A DNA stretch of 63,848 nucleotides, filler included, from Choristocarpus tenellus KU-1152 (taxonomy: Eukaryota > Protista > Phaeophyceae), in NCBI GenBank assembly GCA_964200185.2. It is 13 parts of 13 records of this genome, joined end to end, with 100 filler letters (N's around TTAATTAATTAA, not from the genome) between each part and the next. Parts side by side here need not be neighbours in the genome. Positions count along the whole stretch, not along the records: positions 1 to 7,455 come from CAXNAD020006129.1; positions 7,556 to 13,803 come from CAXNAD020008576.1; 11 more parts are not named here. One strand, given 5' to 3'. The notes under the pieces are model-generated. The model saw only the letters and a program-made list of their open reading frames with translations, searched no databases and was not told the DNA's origin. Below are positions 1 to 11,488 of the stretch, piece by piece (within the stretch, counting starts at the first letter, position 1; the number at the start of each line of letters is the position of its first letter). The position numbers and the translations under genes were made by a program.

Positions 1-530
1 TCTGTCCAGATGTGATCAAGACGAATCACGAAATCTGCAGCGTCCTCCACTGACGAGCAGAATGTATCTCGCAGCTTCATTTCAAGGGCAATAAGCTGCA
101 TAGGTCGCTGAATTGTAGCGCGCCCACCATATATTTGCTCTTCATGTACACAACTAAGCCATACTATGATGTTGATGTAACCGTGTGATCATATTTGGAT
201 TATGAGTATCACTATTACAGTGTGGCTATCACACTTCCTTCTAGCATCATTTGCATTCAATTTGCAAGGCAAACCTCAGTACCATTGAAGATTACCACAT
301 GAGTGAAGGGCATTATTATATGTTCTCTGTCGGCAACCACAGATTCACACGCTAGGTAGAAGTACTCTACATAATAGGTTGGATATCGATACAGTTTTGG
401 AACTGAAATGAAGTAAATCGGGTGGATATCCTACAAGGCAAAGGCACTCTCCCTTAAGCTGCATGATTAACCGTATGGAGCATTTTTCTGCACACTCCTC
501 TCCAATAACCATGGACCGTACTGCACACAG

Positions 531-713
531 GTCAAGCAAATGAAGGCGATGGAAGCAGAGCTAGATATGTACAAGCAGCAGGTGGATGTCTTCAAGTCTG
601 ACATCGAGGCAGCGAATGTGGCTATGAGATCCCTCAGGCAACGTTGGTTGTCAGAACGACTCCAAGCACTTAGGATGGAAGAGGCCAAGGGGGCAACCTT
701 CCCAGCGGACTAA
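531..713 (+). CDS. Terminal exon of a CFAP58/CCDC147-like coiled-coil flagellar protein (5' part outside window)
   Basis: cacag acceptor at 529-530, then open frame VKQMKAMEAELDMYKQQVDVFKSDIEAANVAMRSLRQRW...FPAD* (TAA 711-713); resembles the CFAP58 C-terminal KQxKAMxxELxMY motif. Confidence 0.55.
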   Translation, partial: VKQMKAMEAELDMYKQQVDVFKSDIEAANVAMRSLRQRWLSERLQALRMEEAKGATFPAD

Positions 714-1537
714 AAAAATCACTGTATATAGTGTCCACCGTAGGTAGTCATTATCTTTAAATACACCACAGTGTAGAGACTTTTTATAAAACATGCTGAG
801 TCTTCCAAACAAGCACGAACTTAATATTTGAACACATGTGATTTGGTTTAGAAGGGGTAATATAGGGCATGCAAGGATTGTGGTCATCCTGGTCGACCTT
901 TGGTGTCTGAAAATATAAGTTGTGCATGACACCTGTGTGCCCCTAGAGCACAACATGTGCTGCCTAAGACAAGATGCTCTTCATGTCCTCTGCCTCCATA
1001 GTCGGGGTTAGAGTGATTTTAGTTACTATGCAGAAGTCTAAGATGCCTGGCACCATAGACCTCATCTATGCTGTATCTGCTTACTCTGTGTTTTAATGTT
1101 TCCGTTTAAGGGCTACAATAGCACATAGTTACCTTGAAATCCTCTGAAATCCTCCAATATATTCAACCCGGTTCATTCATTGCACCTGTTGTGACCGATT
1201 CGCGGTTCCAAGCACAGCTAAGTGTAGTATGACTGAACACAAGTAATATCACTTAATGCTCAAAGATGAAGTTGTATGGTTGCGGGAAATGGACATGGAT
1301 ACTCCGCCAGGTCCGTCCTGTGAAGCTTCGTTCTGAACATAATAAATTCATACTACGCTGCATTGGATTTCGCAAACGGGCGTGTAGCGATTACACACTG
1401 TCCTACAAACATACATAGATACTCTTGTGAAGATGGGTATTGAGGCGCGACTGTGCAAGAAGAGAGGGTTCGGTTAGCAGGGTCAGTTACACGGATGGGG
1501 GATAAGCGACTCCACAAGCGTTGATGATTGGGGAATT

Positions 1538-1797
1538 TTATCTCTCAGTATCCTTCCGGATTCGTCGCCAATATTTTGGAAGGCACTCTATCTGGTCCTC
1601 TCTACTTTGAACCTTTTCAGGCAGGTGTAGGAATATGGAAGACCATTTTGGTTGTGGAGATAAACATGTATTGTACCATGTAGGTTTCAAGAAACTCCTG
1701 CAAGGCGGATTCCCTCGAGCATTTGATCCGTTGCCAGTCACCTTCAACACCTATTCCAAGGTCGCGTTTTGGGCATTGTTCCTGGGATGTTTTCCAT
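1538..1797 (-). CDS. Putative last two exons of an unknown protein (1797-1677, 1612-1538)
   Basis: Pyrimidine-rich AG acceptors, GT donor and a phase-consistent join giving WKTSQEQCPKRDLG...EFLETYM|VQSREDQIECLPKYWRRIRKDTER*; no recognisable domain. Confidence 0.35.
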
Positions 1798-3070
1798 CTT
1801 TTGAAATGAGGAAGGAAAGGAAGAGGAATAGAGAAATGGATTCATGCACTCGCAGGACTCAGCGCGCTGACTACAACCCTCCAACATACAGGGGCAAGTC
1901 ACTCTCAACTCTGGTCCTCTGTTGATAAGTGTGCGTGGATACTTATTCCTTCTGTCTGTCGCTAGCCATTGCCGATGATGCAATCCATGACTTAAACGAT
2001 CTTAAAACTAATAATCCCTCCTTTACTTGTCCATCTCCAAACAGAACAATAATATAGTATTGTTTAGAATATCCACAAGTGTTCAGTATCAACGCATCTC
2101 AGCCAATTCGTTATCTCGCCCATACTGAGCTGCTTGTGGAACAACCAGCGAGCGGTTAACGCTTATTACACGAAAGGTTAGTGAGAGGGGTGGATTCGTA
2201 CCCATTGTAGGCAAGGAAATAGAGTGCCAGGTGAGATAATCGATTATTTCTGTGGCAATCAGGTTGGTTGGTGGTTAGGTGTGGCAAACTTGCTCTCATC
2301 AAACATCCTAGCGCAAATGATCTCTGAGTTGGTATAGTTAACATTGTGTAATAGTAATAAGCAATTGGGAAGAGCCAACTCCAGGGTGAAAAGAGAGTGT
2401 TAAGAAATGAAGGAGGTGGAGACATGGAGGGATTCGTGAGCCCAAAGAAGAGGGTGACAAATGAGGAAGGTTCTGTCATTCTTATCATCATTGCGTAATG
2501 AACTTTGGTAGAGCTCTTGCTTTTTTGCTTCTGTAAGGTAGAGTTTGCTACCTCTGTACAATATGACCAGTTGGTGAGTTGTGGTGTGGTGTCCCGACCT
2601 GCGATTAACAAGAGCACTTTGAAAAGGCAGAGTGAACACAAATCACAAATATTTCATCCTTGACAACGATGAATTGCGAAAGCTCGTTGCAATCTTGTCT
2701 TGATTACTTAAATATGGTGGAAACGCGTGGGTTTGAGTAGATGGGTTGCGCAGGCACTGACGTCCTGTTCGACCTTGAGTGTTAGCCACCAACCCCCCAT
2801 CCTCTCCACTTTTACCTGTCAGTATTGCCTCGAAGTCAAATGTTGAGGTGTTACATCCCCTATCAACATCCACATATAAACTTTACTTCACATTTATTGT
2901 TTCCTTTTTACGTGCTCTGCTCCTAATAAATCGAGAAAGACTGAGATATTGATATCATTGCTACCATTTAGAACCTTCCTGATCATATTTTCGTGTGCAA
3001 CCCAATGTCTGTCATTCCCTCCTTCAACAGAGGACGTTTCGACTCGGTGTCTGAAACTTCATGCTACAAC

Positions 3071-4647
3071 ATGACCAGCGAGGTAAGTATTGATGGTCAC
3101 ATTGTGCTTGAGCAAGTTTCGAAACAATGAAATTAAGTACAACCGTGTTGTGCGTTAGTCTTCAAAAAGCCTGCATTGTGGTGTATCGAAAGTCGTTACT
3201 TTTGTCGTTTAATCTCACGGTTAGTGTCATTGTCTTCTCCTGTTTGTAGTCACACATATGTGCAATGGAGAGTTTGCTATACGCTTGTGTAAACTACACA
3301 GCAGTTGAGCATAGTGCTTGGATTTGTGTCTTGTTTTTCTGAAGTAATTTTTCCAGTATCAAGACCGTTGGTTGCTTTTACAGTTTTGTTCATCCTGCAT
3401 TGCTAGGGTTATGGTTAGATTTGTTTATGCCATTGAAGAGGTATACGTCAGTGCAATTGGTCCATATCTCTGATCAGTGACTTGCTTCCATATGCCAGTG
3501 TTTTGGGTTTTTGTTCTTCATTGTGTAGAAATCTCTTCATCTTGTAATTGCAGGGTCATGGGTTACTTCTTTGATGGCATCTTTGGACAATTACTTGGAA
3601 TTCATTTCCACTTGTTGTACTTTTTTTGGATTTGGAATTAAGTGACTTAAACCTTTTTGGCACTACAACTTCCAGGCTACGTTAGTCTGCACTAGAGAAG
3701 TCATGATGAAGCCCATGCTCAACCACCACAAACATTTCTATTGTTTCACCCTTCGTCAATGACACCAAATATCCTTTCAAATCCCCGCCCCCCCCTCCCC
3801 CCCTGCCCTTCAATTGTATGCAATGTGGATAAAAAACGTCTTCTGATATGCACAACAATAGCCTTTTCCTAAGCCACCACCTGGGTCCAGTGCCATGTCA
3901 CCCATCTATCCGAATCCAACCGAATGGTGGCAGCTTGGCTTCCTGATTCGGAACGAGCCTCTCCGAAGACTCTTAGAGAGTGCTGAGAACATTGTTGCAA
4001 AGCTGGACCCTGTGACCAAGCCCTGGCAGGGTGCCCTTTTTGAGAAGTGGTACATTGGTCTCTACTACCGCTATTTCGAAGCGCACCGTGACGCCGAGAA
4101 TGAAGTGTGGTTCCCCTGGCTGTCCTCAAGAAAAAAGCTCCCCCCGTCGCTGACGGGCGACGACCCTATCATTGAGGCACGAGTGCTTGAAGTGAAGGCG
4201 TTGGCTGGGGAGCTAGCGAAGGGATGCAGTGGCGGTGGTGAGGTCAAAGATGTGGCGGCAGTCAAGACCTGCGCTGGGAAAATCAGGACCTCAATGAGGC
4301 TAATTCAAAGGGACTTGGAGCCGCATCTCAATTTCGGGGAGGGGGTATGTGGTCCTATTGTGCGGGATTTCTTCACGAAGGAGGGCGAGGGGGTGAAGGT
4401 AGGGCATATGTTGGAGCGGTTCAAATCGACTGGCAATTCAGAGTTCTTCGCCATTGTGGCATTCGACAGCGTGCTTGAGTGGGCTACGCGGGATCAGATG
4501 GAGTTCTTCCTGGAGAGCCTTCCGTTTGTTGTGAGTAAGATGGTCAAAACATGGCACCCAGGATTCGTTAACAGTGAAAAGAAATGGGGAGTTGACTTGC
4601 TCCGCACCTCTGCTCCACTAGGCGACTCAACGTGTGTTGTGTCCTGA
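3071..4647 (+). CDS. Hemerythrin-like (HHE) protein with C-terminal CaaX; exons 3071-3082 and 3862-4647
   Basis: ATGACCAGCGAG|gtaagt spliced in phase 0 to aatag|CCTTTT..., in frame with the 250-aa ORF; motifs HRDAENEVWFP and PHLNFGE follow the HxxxE-FP/HLxxEE pattern of hemerythrin-like domains; ends CVVS*. Confidence 0.7.
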
Positions 4648-6561
4648 TATACAGATTTTTGGAGCATCACTTGTTGAGAGTAGAGGCAGGGATGCTTCAA
4701 AAGGGTTGGAACTTGAGGTCCATCACTTCTGTCCCTTGTGGCCGGAGACACCCTGCGTTGATTGTTTTGCCACCCTATTGCTTAGAAGTCTCACTCTTTT
4801 CTCCAGTACTGTATGCAATGTATGAGCCCTCCTGCTCGGCAAGTCGCTTTTTTCTTGTGTTGGGAGTACCATTTGTATTTGATGTATTTTATTTATTTAT
4901 CATTCATTTTTCGGGTGAGTGGGAAGGAGATGTAGGTTTAGAGGGCTCCTAAGAAATTCTTCATGTTGTAATTTTGGAAACTGCATGTGATCCACTTGCA
5001 TGCCATTTTTAATTGCCTTGTGGTATCACGTCCATGTTACTACTTTCACTTGCAGGACATTTCCAAATCCTGCTTGTTTTTTTTTGCAAGAATTCAGTTA
5101 AAACCCTTCCGGACAAAACCTTTTTAAAGATTTCCTTCTGTTTTGAACAAGTTTGAGGAAGATGGGCGAGGCAAATTGCACCCTTGTGTATGGAGCTGAT
5201 CTGCACCAGTTCTCAATTGTGTGTTGTCCAAACTGTTGTTACATTCACCAGCTGTAGGTTTTGAAGCAACTCGGTTCACACTTGCTTGTACTATCTTGAA
5301 TGCCCAGCAATTAAAGCACTTGTGTAGTAATCTCAAATGGGGTTATTGTTTGTTGTATCTTTATCTTTCAGCAAGGAACACCATTTTGGACTCATCTCCA
5401 ACCTTAATTAAAGGACCTTATTGAGTACGACCTTGAGGAGTCCTTCAGAGTAGGATCTTTTGAGGATACAGGGTGCAGGGCCTCGAATGCACTGCGAAAC
5501 CTCTGAGAGTAAATATTCCCATTTTAGAGACGCTTGAACAACAAAAAACTTGGTGATGGGACCTTGGAAAAAAACCTTGAAGACTGTGTGCAGCTCTTTG
5601 GTCACAGGTCACCTCTAGCACGACTCTTCCAGCCGTGATCTGGAGTACATTCTGTCTGTCATCACTTGCATACAGGGCAACAATCTGGATGTTGAAACCT
5701 GTACCCATGAGAAATCTGGTCCCCCCCAAAAGGACTGGCACATGTGAAGTGCATGGAGTGGGGTTTTATTTGCGCATTGGATTCAAAATCGTCTATATTT
5801 AAACATTGCAGTGCATACATCACCAACAGTCAAGACAGGGAACAAAACCTGTTGTAGCCAGAGTAATGATACATGCAGACAGGTTACACCAGCAATGACA
5901 ATCCCACCAAAATAACACAACACACAACAAAGTACTACACACAATTTTTTTCCGGCAGCGTCAAGCACAAAATGAAAACCAAAGTCCCAAGCTTTGCCTA
6001 CAATTAGGTATGGATGGATTGACTACTGAGAAAAATAAAAAGGTCACAGACACAAAAAAGCGACGATTGGTCTTCCCGTACAGAAAGGGCATTGCTTGGA
6101 AATATTCACAAGTTGAACAACCATGGACAAACAAAGGGTGCTGGTGGTCACTTGAAACCCCCACCCCCCCCTCCATCCTCCTTGTGGGGCTGGGGTGCTT
6201 CGACTGCACAACTTGAAAGCTCGCTTCAGGTGGCTCTGGCATCTAATATAAGGCACAGCAATACAGGAGGTCAACAACACATCTCTCTGTTGATGAGGCA
6301 TGTGACCAGGAAGGACATATAAGGAGAGCTATACAATATGCTAGCCAAGCCAGGAAAATTGAATTCCTTCCAAAGAAAAAACTCATACATCTCTACAGCT
6401 TGTTGCTCTCCACATAAAAATGAGGGGTCAGGTACTAAGATTTACTCTGAAGTAGTTCTTGTCAAAAGAACTCCAAGAAAAAACTGCTTTCAGTTGCACA
6501 CATTCTTGTGAGGGAGAGTGCATTTTCAGTTGAAGAATATGGCAGAGTGGATGTGGGGGGG

Positions 6562-7428
6562 CTAAGGAATATTATCCTGACCGTCAACTTGATGCATGCA
6601 GTGCGGGCATTTGCCTGACCGCCTAAGCCAATTGGACACACAATGTGAGTGAAATGAATGAAGGCATGGTAGACGTCGAATCACATCCCCTTGTCGAAAA
6701 TTTTCAAGGCAGATTGAGCACTGACGCGAATCTTCCGAAATATTGTCTACCGCCTCCCTTGTCAGGGTTGACTCAGGAAGGGATGCGATCAGCTCAGGGG
6801 GGGCTGGGCGCATCTGTGGTGTCCCAAACTGCTCGAGAAGTCTCTCGTAGTCTAGCCCGCCGGTTCCCACACCAGCCACCTCTCCTCCCCTAGTCCCTCG
6901 GTTCATTGCATTCATCTCCATTATCCGTGCAGTAGCTGCAGGGGGGAGGTCTATCGATTGCATTTGTGCTACCATTCGGAGCAAGGCATAGTCCTCACCA
7001 GCTGCAGAGTGTGGGGCAGTAGCGCCTACTGGTGGCCAGGAGGCAGAATAAGTCCAACCCGCTTCCTGCCCTTGACCCTGCCACTGCGAACGTTCTTGAT
7101 TTAAAATAGAACGTGGATAAGGCAGCCCTCCAGCCCTTCCAGTCCCCCCACCTGTTGGCAGTGCCTGGGCACCCATCCGCCTCAGCTCTGGTCCAAGCAT
7201 GGCACCAGCCGTACCCCCCAGGAAAGCACCTTGCAGCATGGAACCGACGATGGACCCTCTACGATCCCTTTGCTCCAGCGAATTGAGCATTCCTGCGCCA
7301 AGGGCCCCAATGGCTGACCCTGTAAGAGCGTCCGAAATTCTCGGTATAGTCCAAAAGTTCCCCCCTCCCCCCTCCCCCCCCCCCCCCCCCCCTGACCCCC
7401 ACGCAACGCCCGGGGGGGCACGGCGCAA
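6562..7428 (-). CDS. RING-H2 zinc-finger E3 ubiquitin ligase, 3' part (RNF126/PJA-like C-terminus)
   Basis: CSICLENFRQGDVIRRLPCLHSFHSHCVSNWLRRSGKCPHC is a canonical C3H2C3 RING-H2, preceded by DYERLL...IASLP; the 5' end runs into poly-C and the contig end. Confidence 0.85.
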   Translation of the reverse strand: MRRAPPGVAWGSGGGGGGEGGGGNFWTIPRISDALTGSAIGALGAGMLNSLEQRDRRGSIVGSMLQGAFLGGTAGAMLGPELRRMGAQALPTGGGTGRAGGLPYPRSILNQERSQWQGQGQEAGWTYSASWPPVGATAPHSAAGEDYALLRMVAQMQSIDLPPAATARIMEMNAMNRGTRGGEVAGVGTGGLDYERLLEQFGTPQMRPAPPELIASLPESTLTREAVDNISEDSRQCSICLENFRQGDVIRRLPCLHSFHSHCVSNWLRRSGKCPHCMHQVDGQDNIP

Positions 7429-7455
7429 GCCGCGGCGGGCCGCGCATCCACAATA

Positions 7456-7555
7456 NNNNNNNNNNNNNNNNNNNNNNNNNNNNNNNNNNNNNNNNNNNNT
7501 TAATTAATTAANNNNNNNNNNNNNNNNNNNNNNNNNNNNNNNNNNNNNNNNNNNN
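7456..7555. other. Artificial contig spacer (N44-TTAATTAATTAA-N44); also at 13804-13903, 17568-17667, 25045-25144, 28925-29024, 33934-34033, 38185-38284, 42253-42352, 46209-46308, 50526-50625, 55946-56045, 60620-60719
   Basis: Identical 100-bp blocks with a six-frame-stop core; typical of concatenated contigs. Confidence 0.98.
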
Positions 7556-7598
7556 ACCAACCCAAAGAACAACCGCACAAACGAACAAGAGAGGGAAA

Positions 7599-7629
<31 letters not shown>

Positions 7630-7720
7630 ATACAATTGCTACAATAGGAGGAGCAAAAGGATTCAAAAGGCAAATCCCAAGGAAAGGATGGATGGTATCA
7701 AACAAACAAAAGCCACACAC

Positions 7721-8355
7721 CGCTTTGAAGATGATGACCAGGGTGCCAATAGACATAAGAAGGCCTGAGACAATGCCCACGCCAGACCCTGATGGGCCAG
7801 ATTGGAGAGAACCACTGGAGTCCTGGTTGAGGTCGGAGTAACTGACGTCCCCAAGGATCCATGGCACCAGCATCCACATGAAATGCACGTCATCCAAAGG
7901 TAGAAGGGGGAAGGCGTCAATTTATCTTGTCAGACACTGCAATGTGCAAGGATAGTACTCAGTCTATAGTTCATTGCACAAAACGCACAGATGGAATACC
8001 TAAGGAGAAAGGAATACTCTATTCGCTGAAACAAATTGAATCATTGGAACTGAACAAAAAATTTAAAAAAAATAACATGCAGCAAAAAAAAAGCTCAGTT
8101 GAGCTGTTATTCATTTTTTTTTGTACGTAGTATTCAAAATTTAAAAAAATAGAAATGTTCTGTCAAATTTTTAAATAGCCTTACCCGTAGTCAATCAGGG
8201 CCGGGGCACCATAAACCCAGAACAGGATGTGAGCAAAGAGTACGTTAAACAACCAGGGAACATTGCTCCCTATGAACGCCTTGGCTGTGGGCACAAAACC
8301 AGTGATGCGGAGCTCTTCCCTCTGGGACTGAGTTAGAGAAGAATCCATGGTCACT
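7721..8355 (-). CDS. Putative 5' exons of a membrane protein (8355-8185 and about 7900-7721)
   Basis: ATG at 8348, clean GG|gtaagg donor, hydrophobic segments (WLFNVLFAHILFWVYG; GIVSGLLMSIGTLVIIFKA); acceptor of the second exon unresolved. Confidence 0.35.
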
Positions 8356-10432
8356 CTACAGAAGGGCAACAGGGAAAGAAACATTATCAGAGAGAGTTGG
8401 GAAGGTGGGGGGGGGGGGGGGTATTGGGGTAAAAGTGCAGCGAGGGAAGGATTGAGGAGTGAAAGGATGACATGAAAGGGAGAAAGAGTGGATTTTCATT
8501 TTTCTTGGTGAGATAGTCAGATATGGTCAGGTATGGTCAGATATGGGATTAATATCTCAACTCTGCAAGGATTGAAATGGAATGCTTCATGGCAAATTAA
8601 AAATTTGTCAGTATGTATCTGTAGGCAGCAGATATGTAGTTGTTCACTAAATACACAGCAATCCAGTTGGTCTTAGCATTTGTCCTCTTTTTGACCCATT
8701 AACAGGTGTGTGTACTGGTACTGCGTAAACTTAACTCAAGAGGGAAAACGCTTTTAGGATTCCAAACATCTCTCCTCACTGCATAGCAGACGAGGTACAA
8801 GATGTTACTCATTGAGGCCCTCGACATTTTACCAGTCTATTATTATACTGTGCCTTGCACAGCAAACTCTGAGTTATTGTCATGATCGGAATTACTGGTC
8901 TAGAAAAAAATGCTTTGCTTCGAGATATATGACGTGGCCACCTATGATTGTGTAGCACGTTGGGTGGTGGAAAGTTGGAGAATGATAGGATTATTTGCCA
9001 GAAATGAAGTTCATCTACTGCAGGAGTGTAGACGACACACTCCATACCATATGCAAGATGGAAAATCTCCAACACAATGGTGAAGTTTACCTCAGGGGCA
9101 TGTAAAATATTTGATTGCAAGAGTGTTTCTCGACGCAAGACGGGATCATTGGCGGCGCAGAACTGGTGTAGACCGTGTGCAGGGATAGAGGCAGAATGTT
9201 CCAATAATATATAGTCTCCATGTTTAAGGATGGGAGGTACGAAAACACCCGCACATAGTTCGATACATTCCCGCACACGTGGATACAAATAACGTGAGGT
9301 TTTCGTGGGGGTCAAGAACAAGGCACAGTTCCACGGTGTATGCCGGAGGCTGCAGCATCGAATACTACCCACCCCCTCTTGGTCTTAAACGAATCTACCG
9401 ACCAATGCACATCAAAGGTGTCGCAATACGTTGGGGGCGCCATTGCGAAGGCAGAGCCTCGATGCGGTGATATTGTCACACAATGACAACACCCGACTAT
9501 GATTCGCCCTGAGTAGTTGCTTTCTCAAAATCATATTTCTTCCTGCAGTCTCCAGTCCTCCTTTTCAAACCGATGAGGAGAGTAAATTTGGCCTCCAGTT
9601 CTGCCTACCTCGAACATTTCCATATGGGCATAGAAGAAATGACTAAAACAAGCACTTGACTAGACCAATATAGTTGTTTATGGAGCGTGGGAAGGTAAAG
9701 TAAACTATCCAGACAATTGCATCCCTCAACGTCACGCCCAGACCCAAGCGAAATCCACACATCAGACGCTCCAAAAAAAATACAACGACAGTAAGGCTTC
9801 CATATCTGAAATAGACCAGAACACGACCTCGACCATTGTTCATAGAAGGGAGACCGCAGTTAGTAGGGCTCCACATCAGTAATTTTAAGTAAGCCCTTTC
9901 CAATAAAATTAATGGTGCAGGTCTTCTGGATAGTTGTTTGTGGAAGAAAGTGGGACTGTTGGCATTCCAGGCATTGTAGTTGTTCGTTGCCAGTTGATTA
10001 TTCCTTATCAGCCCTTGCCTATATGTTATTCTAGTTGTGTACCACACCTGATTTCCAACTCCGCTTACAGGAAACTAGAGCCGAGTCCCACACGAATCAC
10101 TTCTCGTTGTGATCTTGTTTCAATGGAGTGTTGGTGTGTGTACACTTCTGAAAAAAGTATACCCCTATCAAGTGCAACCCCACCACACCCATGTTGGGCC
10201 ATACTTTTTTCTTCTTTGTTGCTGAGATAACTGACAACTGACAATCAGAAGCGATTCTATTGGCCAATAAAAAACATCCATTTTTGTTCTTCGCTCTGTA
10301 TATTTCCTTTTTTTTTGCGAAGTTGGTATAGTGGATGTTCTGAAAAGTGATGACTAAATAATATATATATTTATGCCAGAAATACATTCCAAATTTGATT
10401 TTACGTAATACAAACGACTTGGTAAATAAATA

Positions 10433-10850
10433 GCAAGTTTTCTGGATGAGTTGGCTACGCACACAATAGGGGGGAGAGGGGCGGGGGAGGCTACAGGAGG
10501 AAAGGAGTGGTCAAATCCCGTTCACGGCAGATAGTGTTCGTCGCAATACAAGCGACTCTATCAAGACGTGTCATGCGTTTTAAGCTGGAGACACAAGGGA
10601 GATGGACAAGGAGGGGACTATCAGATTGTTGGGACGCTTCCCTACCTCCTCGCCCTGGGGTGTAGGGCTAAGCTAGGTTGGAGGCACAGGAGGGGAGTGG
10701 TGTAGCATAGCTGGTAGTAAAATAGTGAATAGACGATAGAAAAATATCTTTCACATTTACTACAACTGCTACTTCTTCAAGGGTTCTGATATTGAAGTAG
10801 CTTTTCCCCTCACACATCTTCAAATGTCACAGAGCATAATGATATAATAC
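10433..10850 (+). mobile_element. 5'-truncated 3' end of CRE-like non-LTR retrotransposon
   Basis: Direct repeat of about 13095-13506 (e.g. gtcaaatcccgttcac, tgtagggctaagctagg, ggtgtagcatagctggtagtaaaatagt), ending in an A/T-rich tail. Confidence 0.75.
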
Positions 10851-11300
10851 TACCGATACTCTTATTGCACCAGATGAGGGCATTTTAGTGGACAAATTAC
10901 CAACTAGTTCCGAAATTTCCCGGTTTCTACCGACTTTGAATGATGTTGGAGGAAACAGGTGGCCAAGTCCTGTTGAGATAGTCCCTGTCAATGCATATGT
11001 GGTTCTCTTGACAAGTGTTTCAACCTAGGGACACCACACAGGTAGGCAAGAAGGGGCCAGAGAGATCATTGGAATGTTTCTAGTAGGGATAAGCTATATT
11101 GGAAGCATAGGAATGCACACGTTACTTTGTACTGAACAACTTTAAGTGGGTCACATTGTTGAATTGTTATTTTTCAAATATTTTTGGAGAGGTATGCCTT
11201 AACATAGACGACAACAACTGTTGTATTTACACTAGTCCTTGTAACAATTTCATTTTTTTCGTGGCACATCTGCAAACTGTGAGAGGGCATAGTAATATAT

Positions 11301-11488
11301 GGCTCAAAGTATCTGTGGGGGGGGAGGTGGCGGCTGTCCATTTGGAGGCGATTTTTTCCACACCACGATTTTTTTGTGATTTGGTTGCATGCGTCAGATG
11401 GATAGTGTAAGTTCACTTCCCCTGGTCAGATGCCAAATGGACACCCTAGTGTAGACCCCCCCCCCCCCACACACAGACACTTTGACCC
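11301..11488 (+). mobile_element. MITE family A, full length (about 188 bp)
   Basis: TIRs GGCTCAAAGTATCTG...CAGACACTTTGACCC with G/C tracts; internal sequence shared with 25878, 32012, 59141. Confidence 0.85.

Noticed and set aside
7456-7555. Regularly recurring TTAATTAATTAA flanked by N runs as a biological repeat or array
   Set aside because: Fixed 100-bp spacer with stops in all six frames; an assembly concatenation artefact. Gene neighbourhoods across it are not real.
7663-7937. In-frame TGA after the tgcag acceptor as a possible selenocysteine in a Cys-rich exon
   Set aside because: The alternative frame has much more coding-like codon usage and a plausible TM helix; no SECIS can be assessed; more likely a wrong acceptor.
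11301-11488. Recurring ORF peptides such as KWTAATPP and QNYIKIATLDFG as a small protein family, or the repeats as CRISPR-like
   Set aside because: They are translations of non-coding MITE copies; dispersed, with no repeat-spacer periodicity.
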